From IMG/VR virus record IMGVR_UViG_3300005512_000001, positions 192,001-256,000 of that record: 64,000 bases of DNA, one strand, 5' to 3'. Position numbers and translations under genes: made by a program. Numbering within the stretch: the first letter of the stretch is position 1; every line of letters begins with the position of its first letter. The DNA is from a virus. Taxonomy: Duplodnaviria; Caudoviricetes. Positions 29,581-40,404 of the stretch are shown one piece after another. The notes beneath the pieces were generated by a model. The model searched no databases, was not told the origin of the DNA, and saw only the letters and a list, made by a program, of their open reading frames with translations.

Positions 29581-29861
29581 TATACTTCCAACTCTTGGTT
29601 TAAACGCGTTTTAAAATACTTCGCCATATCTACTGTGACTTTGGCTAGTTGGTATGTCGTTCCTCGACAGTATAAAATTGGTTGTTTTGATTTGGGGTCT
29701 ATAATAAATACAAACGCAACTTTGACATCTTCAGTGTTTAATTTCTCATCTAACTCTTTTACGAAAAAGTCACCACGTTGCTCATCTGTAGTGGTTGCGT
29801 CGTCGTTAGTATTTTGAGGTTGTTTAGTTTCTATTTGAGGGTCAATTATGTCATCTGACAT
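29580..29861 (-). CDS. hypothetical protein (93 aa)
   Basis: ATG 29861 with AGGAG RBS; coupled to MTase start. Confidence 0.6.
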   Translation of the reverse strand: MSDDIIDPQIETKQPQNTNDDATTTDEQRGDFFVKELDEKLNTEDVKVAFVFIIDPKSKQPILYCRGTTYQLAKVTVDMAKYFKTRLNQELEV

Positions 29862-30489
29862 TGTGCAAACTCCTGATATTAAAATTTGGAAGATTTTTAA
29901 ATACTGCCAAGATAAGTTCAGAAAGGCAGGTATTTCTTTAACATTTCCAAAGAATACTGACCCTAAAAAGACATATAAGTGGCGATATTTAGTTGGGTTT
30001 GTTAAAAAATTGGAAGAGATGGAGGCATCAACTGATGCTATACACCAACTAATTGAAGCGATAATTAAATATGCTACTAAAAACAAACAATTGCATAAGG
30101 GGCTTTCTCTATTAACGTCAGAGAGAGTGTTGTCAGAATGCTGCGATGTGATTTTGCAGGGTCATATTTCAGAAGATAAGTTAATAGATAGAGTTAAAGC
30201 GGATTATAAGTTGGTTGCACACGCTGATTTATTGGGGAAAAAGTATGCACGTGGTATGTCTAATATAGTACGATGGTATATTGAAGGGAATATTTCAGAA
30301 GTATATTTGTCATTGTCTGAGAAATGCCATGAGGCGATGATAAAGTTAGATAAATTAGAGCGGTGCATGATGCCTAGTGGCAAAGAATTGATATTGGCGC
30401 GTATGGATATTTTGAGTAATCATAAATTAAAAGGCAAGATTAAACGGGCTATGTTGAATGACTGGCGGAGAATTTTTGATGCTAGCTAG
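29848..30489 (+). CDS. hypothetical protein upstream of helicase
   Basis: Long ORF overlapping the helicase start. Confidence 0.6.
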   Translation: MSSDIVQTPDIKIWKIFKYCQDKFRKAGISLTFPKNTDPKKTYKWRYLVGFVKKLEEMEASTDAIHQLIEAIIKYATKNKQLHKGLSLLTSERVLSECCDVILQGHISEDKLIDRVKADYKLVAHADLLGKKYARGMSNIVRWYIEGNISEVYLSLSEKCHEAMIKLDKLERCMMPSGKELILARMDILSNHKLKGKIKRAMLNDWRRIFDAS

Positions 30490-32008
30490 GATTATTGACG
30501 ACAAATGGATATATATTGAACAAGCCTCGGTGGCTGAAGAAGGTATCTTAGATGATGAATTTAGTGTTAAGCATCCAAGAGCACAATATATAGATGCTGG
30601 TGTTGGGTTTTTTGATGGCGTATATCATAAATATAACAAATTTCATCATAGGTTGGCACGCCCGTTCTTACATGAATTGGAGGCTGCTTGTAATAAGCAT
30701 GGGCTGCCATTGATGATTGTGGATAATAGGCCATCGCCAAAATACAAACCAAAGGCATCAGATGTTACACCAGATTTGTTATCTGGGATTACATTAGACC
30801 AGCACCAGATAGATGGAATCAAATCAGTGTGTACTGAGGAAGTTGGGATTATTTCATGTCCTACTGGCGGTGGCAAATCGGAGATGATGGCTGGTATAGC
30901 CAAAATCATGAATTGCCCGACCATTATTTTATGTGATATGACAGTGGTGGTTGACCAGCTTAAAAATCGTCTTGAGTTAAGGGGCGTTACAGAAGAAGTT
31001 GGTATGTTTTATGCTGGTAGGAGGCCGAATGGGCAACAGATTATAGTTGGTTCGTTCCAATCATTGACTATACCATCAGTACCAAAGAAAACCAAAAAAG
31101 ATACGCCAGAGACGTATGCCAAGAAATTGAAAGCATTTAAAACTCGTCGCAGAAATGCCAGGAAGCTGCGAGAGATAGTTAGCAAATGCGATTTGTTATT
31201 AGTAGATGAATGTGACGTTGCTGGACGGCATTGGCGGAATTTATTCTGGCATTGGTTTAAAGGGCGTAGAAGATATGGCTTTTCGGGGACTCCATATGAC
31301 CCCAGCAAGCCTGTAAATAATATGCTTCTTAGGGAACATCTTGGGAATATAATTTTTGAAGTTGATCGCAGAGAATTAGAAAAAATTGGCAGAATCATCC
31401 CTGTGTCATATACAGCACTTGCAGTTGGCGACGATGCGAATATCAAAGACAAATCTGCTTATGATATTGCTATGAAAGAACATCTCATTGAAAGCCCATC
31501 ATTCCATAAGCTCGTTAAGGTAGTGACAGAAAAAAGCTTGATCGACCCATCATATGGTGCGTTAATTTTAGTTGAGAGCAAGCCGCTAGGTTATGCGTTA
31601 GAGAGTATAATAAGCGACTCTAAATTTATATGTGGCGACCATCGTATGACTGAACGCAAAAAAACAATACAAAGTTTTGAAAATCGAGAAACTAGAGTAT
31701 TGATAGGCGGTAAGATTGTCAAGCGTGGATTGGATTTGAAAGGTGGCTGTGAAATCCTAGTAATAGCAACTGGCGGCAAGCTGCAATCGGATTTTAATCA
31801 AAAAGTCGGGCGAGCTGTACGCAAAAATAAGCGTGGATGTGCACAGATATATGATTTCTTTTTTCTATGTAACCACTATTTATATGGGCATTCAAGAAAA
31901 AGATTAAAAACCATAGTTAGTATGGGATATGATGCTAAAGTAATATTTAAAAAAGGTGTTATTGATGCACAGAAATTCATTAAATCAAGATTTAGAAGAC
32001 CAAAATAA
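30479..32008 (+). CDS. SF2 DNA helicase, UvsW-like
   Basis: PTGGGKS, VDECD, FSGTP, RGLD, QKVGRAVR. Confidence 0.88.
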   Translation: MLARIIDDKWIYIEQASVAEEGILDDEFSVKHPRAQYIDAGVGFFDGVYHKYNKFHHRLARPFLHELEAACNKHGLPLMIVDNRPSPKYKPKASDVTPDLLSGITLDQHQIDGIKSVCTEEVGIISCPTGGGKSEMMAGIAKIMNCPTIILCDMTVVVDQLKNRLELRGVTEEVGMFYAGRRPNGQQIIVGSFQSLTIPSVPKKTKKDTPETYAKKLKAFKTRRRNARKLREIVSKCDLLLVDECDVAGRHWRNLFWHWFKGRRRYGFSGTPYDPSKPVNNMLLREHLGNIIFEVDRRELEKIGRIIPVSYTALAVGDDANIKDKSAYDIAMKEHLIESPSFHKLVKVVTEKSLIDPSYGALILVESKPLGYALESIISDSKFICGDHRMTERKKTIQSFENRETRVLIGGKIVKRGLDLKGGCEILVIATGGKLQSDFNQKVGRAVRKNKRGCAQIYDFFFLCNHYLYGHSRKRLKTIVSMGYDAKVIFKKGVIDAQKFIKSRFRRPK

Positions 32009-33593
32009 CTTTTATGCTTTTATTGACTGGGATAAAACATTCTCTATATATAAAATTACAAGAGACACCTCTAAATTATCAAACAAAAGAGTAATTTATA
32101 AATGCCCGAATTGTGGCAAGATTTATCATATTGTCTATAAAGAAATAAAACGGAAAAAGTCGCGATATTGCAAGAGCTGCTTCGGCAGTAAAATTTCCGA
32201 ATCGATGAAGCGGTTGGGCAATGACCCAGTACACAAAGCTAAGCTTTCATTACAATCAAAACAGCTATGGGAAGATGAGGAATATCGTCGCAGGCATAAA
32301 TTATCATGTAATACAGAGCAAGCTCGGAAGAGACGTTCTGCTGCAAATGTGGCGATGTGGTCTGACCCTGATTTTAGGAATGCTTTAATAGAGATTTTTC
32401 GCGGTGAGAAATTCCGCAAACAAGTTTCAGACAGAATGAAGGTTCAATGGAGCGATAAAGAATATAGGAAGAATATGGAAGAGATGTTGCATGATGAAGA
32501 ATTCATCAATATGGCCTCTAAGAGGTCATCTAATTTATGGAGAGACGCAGCATATAGGAAGAAAATACTCAACTCGAAATCATCAGAGGAATACAAACAA
32601 GAAATTGGTCATAAAATTTCAGATTCATTAAACCGTCCTGAAGTTAAGGAGAAAATGGCTGTTGCTAGGGCTAATTGCCCAAAAGTTTCTAATATTCAAG
32701 GTATTCTTTATTCGATTTTAGATGATTTAGGTGTGCAATATTATAGAGAATATAATGATAGGCTTGACGACCCACAATGTAAAATCGGACCATGGACTTT
32801 TGATTGTGTAGTCCCGAGAAGCAATAAACCAGACCTATTAATAGAATGCCAAGGCGATTATTGGCACTCTTTAAAAAAAAGTATTGTTAATGATAAATCT
32901 AAGGCTTCGTATATTGCGAATAACTTTCAAGGCCAATACGAACTTAAATACTTATGGGAACATGAATTTGCTAATTTCCATAGAATCAATGAATTAATAA
33001 AATATTGGTTAGGGATTACAGAATTAGAAACTATTAATTTTAATTTTAGTGATTTAGAAATAAGACGATGTTCTGCCAAAGATTACAAATTATTACTTTC
33101 GAAATATCATTATTTACCGAACGCCGGGCGTGGTGGAATTGCGTATGGTGCTTATCTTGTCAATGAATTGATCGCAGTCTGTGTCTTCTCACCATTAAGC
33201 AGGCAGAATATTAGAATAAAATCATGTGCTGTTAATCAAGTCAGGGATTTGTCTCGGTTATGTATCCATCCGAGGTATCAGAAAAAGAATTTTGCATCAT
33301 GGTTTGTTTCACGATGCATAAAGCAGCTAGATACAAAGTTTAAATGTGTTATTTCTTATTGTGATACAACTTTTAATCATGATGGCGCAGTTTACAAAGC
33401 AGCAAATTTTAAACTAGATGGCGAAGTAAGACCAGATTATTGGTATGCTTCAAAAGATGGGTGGGTGATGCATAAGAAAACTCTATATAATCATGCTGTC
33501 AAGATGAGGATGAAGGAGGGAGAATATGCCGAGGCTAATGGATATAAGAAGATATGGGGAGGAAAGAAGTTGAAGTTCATCTATGAGAGGTGA
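31965..33593 (+). CDS. Zn ribbon + NUMOD3-like repeats + Vsr/DUF559-type nuclease + Mom-like GNAT fusion
   Basis: CPNC/CKSC; WTFD..LIECQGDYWHS; YHYL.NAGRGG; DLSRLCIHP; SYCDTTFNHDGAVYKAANF. Confidence 0.8.
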   Translation: MHRNSLNQDLEDQNNFYAFIDWDKTFSIYKITRDTSKLSNKRVIYKCPNCGKIYHIVYKEIKRKKSRYCKSCFGSKISESMKRLGNDPVHKAKLSLQSKQLWEDEEYRRRHKLSCNTEQARKRRSAANVAMWSDPDFRNALIEIFRGEKFRKQVSDRMKVQWSDKEYRKNMEEMLHDEEFINMASKRSSNLWRDAAYRKKILNSKSSEEYKQEIGHKISDSLNRPEVKEKMAVARANCPKVSNIQGILYSILDDLGVQYYREYNDRLDDPQCKIGPWTFDCVVPRSNKPDLLIECQGDYWHSLKKSIVNDKSKASYIANNFQGQYELKYLWEHEFANFHRINELIKYWLGITELETINFNFSDLEIRRCSAKDYKLLLSKYHYLPNAGRGGIAYGAYLVNELIAVCVFSPLSRQNIRIKSCAVNQVRDLSRLCIHPRYQKKNFASWFVSRCIKQLDTKFKCVISYCDTTFNHDGAVYKAANFKLDGEVRPDYWYASKDGWVMHKKTLYNHAVKMRMKEGEYAEANGYKKIWGGKKLKFIYER

Positions 33594-33695
33594 ATTTAAC
33601 GTTACATTTTTGCCCGTCAATATATTCATATAGAATTGTAATTATAAATATAAATGACGCGCTTTATCGTCGCTTCATTAGTATATAAATTTACT

Positions 33696-35891
33696 ATGAG
33701 TAAAATTCCTGAAGTTATTATATTTCCTACCCCTACGTCGCCAGACCGAAAATTATATTTCGACAATAATAAGGTCGAAGATTTAATGTTGCGATATCGG
33801 TGGACTGGTTGCACCGATGCGGCTCTGCGCGACAATATCATGAAGAATACTGAGGAATTGATACGCCAGATTATAAGGGCACACAATCTACATCGCATCT
33901 ATCCAGGCCAGGAAGAATCGGCATTCATGGACCTATATCAAACGGCTTGGGTTCAAATAGAGAGGACATTATATAAATATAAAGCGAGGGTTCATTGTGC
34001 TAATTGCTATAATCCAATTCGCCCTGCAGAATCATGTATACACAACCCAGAACCAACCGAATACAATATCATAACACCTGAGGATGTTCTAAAAAAGCGG
34101 TTGAAATGCCCATCATGCAAAAAGATTCCAAGTAGAGTAATATATCGTGGGTGCTCTAAGATATTCAATATGTGGTGTGTGCGGCCTGATACATTGCTTC
34201 TTACGACAAATGGTATTAATAATATTAAGAATGTTTCTACTAGAAACAAGTATGATGATAAACAAGAAATTTGGACAATAGGGGAAGGTGGTAAGCCTAG
34301 TAAAGTAGTAGCTGGTTTGACGAAGACATCAAGACGTGTTTTAGACATAAAAACTGAACTCGGATTTGAAATAGGGTGTACACCTGAGCATTCTATTTTA
34401 TGCGATGGTGCTTGGAAGCAAGCAAATAAGATATCTATTGGCGATTTGGTAACTATACAGTATAACCAACAATTTTTTGTTGATGATAATAATTTATCAG
34501 ATATAGAGCTAACAGAAAATCGGGCTGGATGTAGTGGGGTCAAATCAATAGATTGGCAATTGCCGAATGTAATGAACTCAGAACTGGCATATATCATAGG
34601 ATTATATATTGCTGAAGGTTCGTGCTCACATGGACAATTAGCAATATATAATATAAATAGTGATGTTATAGATGCTTTAGTCAATAATAACCTTGGATTA
34701 AAATTTATACACTATCCAGATAGGCAATGTATAGTGTGTAACAATAAAAGATTTGTGGAATTTATAAAATTATTACAAATAGGAGATAGTGCTTGTGAGA
34801 AAATAATTCCACATAGAATGCTCATAGCGTCTAAAGACAACATCATATCGATGTTGTCTGGGTTGTTTGATGGTAATGGGCATTCATCGAAGCATAATGG
34901 GTGTGTTGGGTACACAAGTACATCTATTATGTTAATTAGACAATTGCGAATGGTTCTACTTAATTTGGGAATTTTAACAAAAATACAGATTGATAACCGC
35001 AGCATATCGCGATTCATAAAAAATAACAGACAGTATGATTCTAATAGACGTAGAACATATCAATTGATATGTTCTACGTCTGCGTCAATGAAATTTTATA
35101 GTTCGATAGGGTTTAAGGTCAGCTATAAACAAGCGAAGTCGCACCAATTAACGCCTAGCAGAGAATTCATATATGGTTTGAATTCGAGTTTTAGAAGATT
35201 ATATAAGAAATATGGCTGTGGTAAATTGGGGTATAACAAAATAAGAACAGCGATACGCGAAGATAGGATTAAATGTGAAGCAAATAAAGCCAGCGAATTA
35301 ATGGAAAATTGGGACAATCATATTGATGATCCAGACATAAAATTGATTAAATCTAGGCTTAATCAATATAATAGTAATAGTGTAAAAACTATTTGGCTCC
35401 CAGTTATAAGCATTGATGAGTCAGAAAGCCCAGTATGTGAAATATCAGTTGATTCAGACGATCACTCTTATGTTGCTAATGGAATTATATCACATAATTC
35501 ACAGGTTGCACGGACAGTAATATTGGCATATATTAAAAAAGAAAGCCGCGACCATAAAAATTCTGATGCATATAAAGTCCATTTAGATAATAAAAGAGCA
35601 CCGAAAACAGATGAAGCATTTTTAAGATTCCTATCTGAGGCCAAAGAGATATGCAAATATAATAAGAACCATATGGATATTATTGATGCTTTGGAATTTA
35701 TCATGAAGACTGATGATAGGCCATATGAAGGCATTATAGGCAAGTTGGTAAAATTATCTGATCAATCTAGGGCACAAGTTACTAATTTTTTGAAAATGAT
35801 TAGATTAAGAGGCAGCGAATTTACAGATTCGCCCATGAATGACCAACACCAAAAATTGGGGTCTGTGGCGTCAGAGGATGAATCATGGTAA
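33696..35891 (+). CDS. late-transcription sigma factor gp55-like with Zn-ribbon insert and intein
   Basis: LYFDN; spliced junction SKIFNMW|SQVARTVILAYIKKE resembles gp55 region 2; CANC/CPSC insert. Confidence 0.6.
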   Translation: MSKIPEVIIFPTPTSPDRKLYFDNNKVEDLMLRYRWTGCTDAALRDNIMKNTEELIRQIIRAHNLHRIYPGQEESAFMDLYQTAWVQIERTLYKYKARVHCANCYNPIRPAESCIHNPEPTEYNIITPEDVLKKRLKCPSCKKIPSRVIYRGCSKIFNMWCVRPDTLLLTTNGINNIKNVSTRNKYDDKQEIWTIGEGGKPSKVVAGLTKTSRRVLDIKTELGFEIGCTPEHSILCDGAWKQANKISIGDLVTIQYNQQFFVDDNNLSDIELTENRAGCSGVKSIDWQLPNVMNSELAYIIGLYIAEGSCSHGQLAIYNINSDVIDALVNNNLGLKFIHYPDRQCIVCNNKRFVEFIKLLQIGDSACEKIIPHRMLIASKDNIISMLSGLFDGNGHSSKHNGCVGYTSTSIMLIRQLRMVLLNLGILTKIQIDNRSISRFIKNNRQYDSNRRRTYQLICSTSASMKFYSSIGFKVSYKQAKSHQLTPSREFIYGLNSSFRRLYKKYGCGKLGYNKIRTAIREDRIKCEANKASELMENWDNHIDDPDIKLIKSRLNQYNSNSVKTIWLPVISIDESESPVCEISVDSDDHSYVANGIISHNSQVARTVILAYIKKESRDHKNSDAYKVHLDNKRAPKTDEAFLRFLSEAKEICKYNKNHMDIIDALEFIMKTDDRPYEGIIGKLVKLSDQSRAQVTNFLKMIRLRGSEFTDSPMNDQHQKLGSVASEDESW
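34176..35498 (+). mobile_element. intein with LAGLIDADG endonuclease (441 aa)
   Basis: CVRPDT..CTPEH..IIGLYIAEG..LSGLFDGNG..YVANGIISHN|S. Confidence 0.93.
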
Positions 35892-36748
35892 CAACGCAGC
35901 AACTAGTCGAAGGGCTTCAAAAACTAATACATCAATATGATTGTGGCCCTAATAAGATTGCCTCTATTGAGCTTATTGGAGACGATCAAATTAGGGTCCT
36001 AGGTACTTATGGTAATGGCGATGTTTTAGATTGCAAAATCACCATGGGACCATCAATAGAAGAATCTGATGTCCCTACGGGCGAAATCACTGAGACCCAG
36101 CGGCAGGGTGTTGATGAGAGAGTTGCACGCAAGGTTAGGGTCAAAAAAGTCACGCCTCGCACCAAGAATATCGACGCGACCCCACATAGACCGGCGAATA
36201 ACGACCCCACAAAAACAAGTGTAGGCAAAGCCGCCGTTAGGCGGCAGGGGAAGAGGAACAAAGCCCATCCGGAACGGTTTGCGGAGAATAAAATCGTATC
36301 AACTGCATTTATCGAAGCTGCAATTAATGCTACACGTGGCCAAATAGTCAAAATGGCGGAAAGTATTAATCCTATTTCAGAATCTATTGCTATCAGGAAA
36401 GCTGTGGAGCAATATGGTGATGGTGATGGTAAGTTATCTAAAATAGATGAGATTATACATAATGTATGGGGTGATACTTTAATCGTGGAGTATGCTGGGA
36501 TCGCGGTAGATAAGCAGAGTGATTTGACGACTTTTGATAATGCTGCCTCGATATTAAATGAGATGAATAATTGGGGGGTGGAATTTTGTTGGATTGAACG
36601 AATTCGCAATAATAATGCGAATATTTATAAAGTCTATGGCGACACAACGCCCAGCAAAACATACAGTGAGCATAAGGGATTGTCTGATAGAGATTTAATT
36701 CTCTCTGGTGATCGTGCAAATATAATTCAAATAATTTATGGAGCTTAG
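35885..36748 (+). CDS. hypothetical protein, possible head-internal protein
   Basis: GAGG RBS; multiple hydrophobic-x-E sites. Confidence 0.55.
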   Translation: MVTTQQLVEGLQKLIHQYDCGPNKIASIELIGDDQIRVLGTYGNGDVLDCKITMGPSIEESDVPTGEITETQRQGVDERVARKVRVKKVTPRTKNIDATPHRPANNDPTKTSVGKAAVRRQGKRNKAHPERFAENKIVSTAFIEAAINATRGQIVKMAESINPISESIAIRKAVEQYGDGDGKLSKIDEIIHNVWGDTLIVEYAGIAVDKQSDLTTFDNAASILNEMNNWGVEFCWIERIRNNNANIYKVYGDTTPSKTYSEHKGLSDRDLILSGDRANIIQIIYGA

Positions 36749-36749
36749 A

Positions 36750-37940
36750 ATGTCTGATAAAGATATCCTTAAAATTGCAGAAGAAATGAATGAATTCGGC
36801 GAGCCAACGATGCCGACTAAAATCCCCGGTTATGAAATGGGCATGGGGCCTGAAGATATGGGGCCTGACACGGAGCCTGAATATGCTAGCCCAGATGGTA
36901 TTGGTATGGCACAGCAAGTTATTAGCCTTGATAAAGATTTACTTCTAGCATTGGTAAAGCTCGTGAAAGAAAAGGGGTATGAGTGCGCTGCTGACCCGGA
37001 ATGTGGTTCGATGCAAGAGGAAGATGAAGAAACTGAAACTGAGACTGAAGTTGAAGACGAAGAAGCTGAGACTGAAGGCGATGATGAAGCCGAAGATGAC
37101 GAAGACGAGACTGAAGAAGTGGATGAACAAATTAATAAAGATAAAAAGCCGGTAAATGAAGAGGCCGAAGAAGAGGCCGAAGAAGAGGCCGAAGAAGAGG
37201 CCGAAGAAGAGGCCGAAGAAGAGGCCGAAGTAAGCGACGAAGAAGTTGATGATATTGAAGATGCCGCCGAAGGCGAACTAGATCATACTGATTGCGAGCA
37301 ATTGGTTGATAAGATCGGTGAGTTGGCAATTGACGGCACCCTAACTATAGCGGACCTGCCAGAAATCAAGCAATGTTGCTTCCCGGAGCCTGAAGCGGAA
37401 GAAGCCGCTGAATTTGGTGGCGAAGAAGGCGAAGCTGAAGAAGGCGGAGACGAAGCTGTAGACGGAGACGAAGCTGTAGACGGAGACGAAGCTGTAGACG
37501 GAGATGCTGGGGAGGTTGAGGATTCTGAGGACGCCGAGGAAGGTCTCCCATTTGAATCTACTATAAAGCCAGTTGACGAGATTACTGAAGGTAAGCCGTG
37601 GGAAGATAAAGATGAGAAAGAAGAATCAGAGGAGGATGACGACAAAGAATCCGATGAGACTGATTGCGAAGCTGCTGATAAAGGCATGGGGCTAGCTGAA
37701 TCTGTCACTAAGTTTGCTGCTGGTAAAGGCATTGAAGTTGTAGTACGGTCAGCACAGAAAGATAATGGTATAGAATTCTTGAGTGATGATGAATCATTTA
37801 AAAAATTATGCGAAGCTATAAATTCAGAGTTTGATGCCATTAGTGAAGGTAAGAGCAAGGGCATAGTTGGTGCGATGAGCAAGTATGCTAGGTGCTACCC
37901 CGTAGGTGCTGCGGGACGTTTGTTCTACGTTTTTAAGTAA
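36750..37940 (+). CDS. highly acidic low-complexity protein, possible prohead core component
   Basis: E/D-rich with internal tandem repeats. Confidence 0.65.
   Translation: MSDKDILKIAEEMNEFGEPTMPTKIPGYEMGMGPEDMGPDTEPEYASPDGIGMAQQVISLDKDLLLALVKLVKEKGYECAADPECGSMQEEDEETETETEVEDEEAETEGDDEAEDDEDETEEVDEQINKDKKPVNEEAEEEAEEEAEEEAEEEAEEEAEVSDEEVDDIEDAAEGELDHTDCEQLVDKIGELAIDGTLTIADLPEIKQCCFPEPEAEEAAEFGGEEGEAEEGGDEAVDGDEAVDGDEAVDGDAGEVEDSEDAEEGLPFESTIKPVDEITEGKPWEDKDEKEESEEDDDKESDETDCEAADKGMGLAESVTKFAAGKGIEVVVRSAQKDNGIEFLSDDESFKKLCEAINSEFDAISEGKSKGIVGAMSKYARCYPVGAAGRLFYVFK
37158..37229 (+). repeat. 12-bp tandem repeat GAAGAGGCCGAA x6 (EEAE)
   Basis: Direct reading. Confidence 0.95.
37446..37504 (+). 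repeat. 18-bp tandem repeat GGAGACGAAGCTGTAGAC x3 (GDEAVD)
   Basis: Direct reading. Confidence 0.95.
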
Positions 37941-37944
37941 TCGT

Positions 37945-37975
37945 ACATGAGGCCCCGTTTATCGGGGCCTCATGT
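37945..37975. terminator. hairpin between convergent genes
   Basis: ACATGAGGCCCCG / CGGGGCCTCATGT 13-bp stem overlapping the terminase stop. Confidence 0.7.
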
Positions 37976-40361
37976 CTATACGTGGTTTCTTGACTATTGG
38001 CACCTTGGATGGTGTTGTTATCAACTGCTGTGCAAATGCCCCTAATTGTTCTTCAGGAGATGGATTGCCTTTATGCATTGTGTTGTATGTCAATGGGATG
38101 ATTGTGTTATAATCAGTTGTGCTCATTATCTTCTTTTGTTGCTCTTGTGGGCTTGGTCGAGTTTCTTGTGTTGATGTTTTCACACGCCCTAATTGTTTGC
38201 TTCCAGTTGGCACTAAACCCATTGGGTCTAGGTCAATAGCATCTGGAGCAGCAACGAATGCGAGAGCTGCTGCTATTGTTAAGTCATCATGGTTTCCACG
38301 ACCTTCTTGGGCACCAGTTTTCTTGGTCTCAATCCCTTGCCTATTCCTATGCCTGATATAAATCTGCAATTGTTTATACAAACGCGGGCTATAGATTGTG
38401 TATCCTTCGCCCTCATGGCCCCCAAGATAGCTTATTAATGCTTTATTGAGTGTTGGCTTGCTGGGGCCGGTTGTTGGGAATCCATACGGGCCATATGTAT
38501 ACCCAACTTGCGATGACCGGGCCTTGGCTCCGGGCCTTGGCGTTTTCCGTTTTTTGGCTCTCCAGATGCTAGGATATATTATGTTTTGAAGGTCTTGTAT
38601 GAATGGTATGCCGATGCCAGTACGCTCTGGATTGACTAATGCGGTATTATACCACCTACCAACCCAATCAACCATTTTGGCGAACTCTGCGACTTGAGGG
38701 CGTCCCATGAATTCTGCTACTTGTTCCATAGTAGTGATATCAAAAACTTCTATGGCACTATAATCATTGTTTTCACCCGTTGCGATATCAACCCCAATAA
38801 CATATGTGTGGCCCGGTTCACCACGGTCTACCATTCTACCGTTTTTGTATTTTGCTGGTGACCCAGCTACCGGTTCGGCCCATATCCATAGCCCTTCTCT
38901 TTCATCTTCACCTACGAAATCTAACTCCTCTTGGTCACCTGTGGCTTGGTTTGTCCATGTGACAGGTTCTGCTATGGTCATAACTTCTGGCGTGTCATCA
39001 GACCCTACTGATTTACCTATGGCATGTAACGCTGATGCACTCAATATTGTGCCGCCGCTACCAATAAACTCTCCAAGTACTTCTTGTCTAAAGAGATGTG
39101 ATTCACCCCTGGCTTGCAAGCCTTGGAATTCTTTCTCAAGCCATGGAGACCAGAATTTTCCAAATCTTTCTATTTCAGCCTTAGTTTTTGATTTTCTTAT
39201 ACCGTCTGTTGGCGCGATTCGAACTTTCTTATTGCTAATTGGGTCCTTTGCTTCGATTACCCAATCCATATTCCACCAATGAATAAGAATTGGATTAAAT
39301 AAGCCGCCCTCTTCAGCGTCTGTCCATTTGTCCCAATACCAGTTGCCAACACCGTTTGGCGTGGAGATCACTATCACAGATCCACCATGCTGCAACGTAG
39401 ACCAGCCTCCAGCCCACATAGCTTCCATGTCCGGCATAAACGCTGCCTCATCGATGATGTTTAGAAATGACGCATTTGACCGCAGTGTATCTGCACTTGA
39501 TGTTAATGACCGAATAATAGACCCATTGCCAAATCCTAATTCGTGCTCATTCTCTATGGTGGCTGGCCAGATTCCATGCATCCATGCTGGTAAATTGTTA
39601 TACACGAGTTTTACATTTTCTTTTAGGAATTCTTTTGCGTCTTGGTCACGTTTGGATACGATAAGTATCTTTTTGTTGCCAAAGAACATAGCAACCCAGA
39701 GAGCGTATATACCTGTAAGAGTTGATGCACCGCAGTTGTGTACAACTGCACCATCAACTATATAATTATGATGTGGTGGGGTAGTCAAATCATAAACTTT
39801 GGCAACATCGTTTAGCTGTGTTACCGACTTGACTTGGCTTGGTAATATTGGTTTAGAGCCATCTAAATCGTCTTTATAAGATTTTGGTTCTGCAATTTGT
39901 ATTACAATATCATTTGGTGTCAGTTCTTTTGCTGCTTTGTATCCGGATATTGTATAAAACTTATGGTCTGGTGTGCATATAGATTTGTGCCCAGCTTTGG
40001 TCTGGACTTCTATAAGGTTCGCTATGCCGTTATCATATGATGCCGATACTTTTGTTATTTCTAATTTACCAGTGCCCTCATTTAATGTATATATAATGTC
40101 GTTAGGTTTTATGCTTTCGATAGGAACCGGGCCATTTGGGGTCCAAACTGGAGTACCAGCGATAAAGCACTGCCTGCATTTTCTGAATATGTTGAATCGA
40201 TTTTCACGGAATGCACGCAGACTAGTAAGCTGGTATTTAAATAACTTAAATGGTATAATGCCAATTAATGGGTGCTTGATTTTACAGCATGATTGCATAA
40301 AAAAAGATGCTGATTTTTTGCACTTACCAATAAATTCTATTATTTGCGCTTTATTTGCCAT
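37959..40361 (-). CDS. gp17: terminase large subunit with mini-intein
   Basis: PFKLFKYQ, KCRQ|CGAST, IIDEAAF, ISTPNG, FRQE, GVDIATG..DYS, HDDL. Confidence 0.95.
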   Translation of the reverse strand: MANKAQIIEFIGKCKKSASFFMQSCCKIKHPLIGIIPFKLFKYQLTSLRAFRENRFNIFRKCRQCFIAGTPVWTPNGPVPIESIKPNDIIYTLNEGTGKLEITKVSASYDNGIANLIEVQTKAGHKSICTPDHKFYTISGYKAAKELTPNDIVIQIAEPKSYKDDLDGSKPILPSQVKSVTQLNDVAKVYDLTTPPHHNYIVDGAVVHNCGASTLTGIYALWVAMFFGNKKILIVSKRDQDAKEFLKENVKLVYNNLPAWMHGIWPATIENEHELGFGNGSIIRSLTSSADTLRSNASFLNIIDEAAFMPDMEAMWAGGWSTLQHGGSVIVISTPNGVGNWYWDKWTDAEEGGLFNPILIHWWNMDWVIEAKDPISNKKVRIAPTDGIRKSKTKAEIERFGKFWSPWLEKEFQGLQARGESHLFRQEVLGEFIGSGGTILSASALHAIGKSVGSDDTPEVMTIAEPVTWTNQATGDQEELDFVGEDEREGLWIWAEPVAGSPAKYKNGRMVDRGEPGHTYVIGVDIATGENNDYSAIEVFDITTMEQVAEFMGRPQVAEFAKMVDWVGRWYNTALVNPERTGIGIPFIQDLQNIIYPSIWRAKKRKTPRPGAKARSSQVGYTYGPYGFPTTGPSKPTLNKALISYLGGHEGEGYTIYSPRLYKQLQIYIRHRNRQGIETKKTGAQEGRGNHDDLTIAAALAFVAAPDAIDLDPMGLVPTGSKQLGRVKTSTQETRPSPQEQQKKIMSTTDYNTIIPLTYNTMHKGNPSPEEQLGAFAQQLITTPSKVPIVKKPRIDMRPR
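39735..40169 (-). mobile_element. mini-intein (145 aa) in the terminase Walker A region
   Basis: CFIAGTPV..CTPDHKF..VYDL..HNYIVDGAVVHN|C. Confidence 0.95.
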
Positions 40362-40404
40362 AATATTATATTTACAGCAAACTTAAAATGGGAGTGTACT
40401 TATT

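Noticed and set aside
37158-37504. CRISPR array
   Set aside because: Repeats are contiguous, in-frame and spacer-less; no cas genes.
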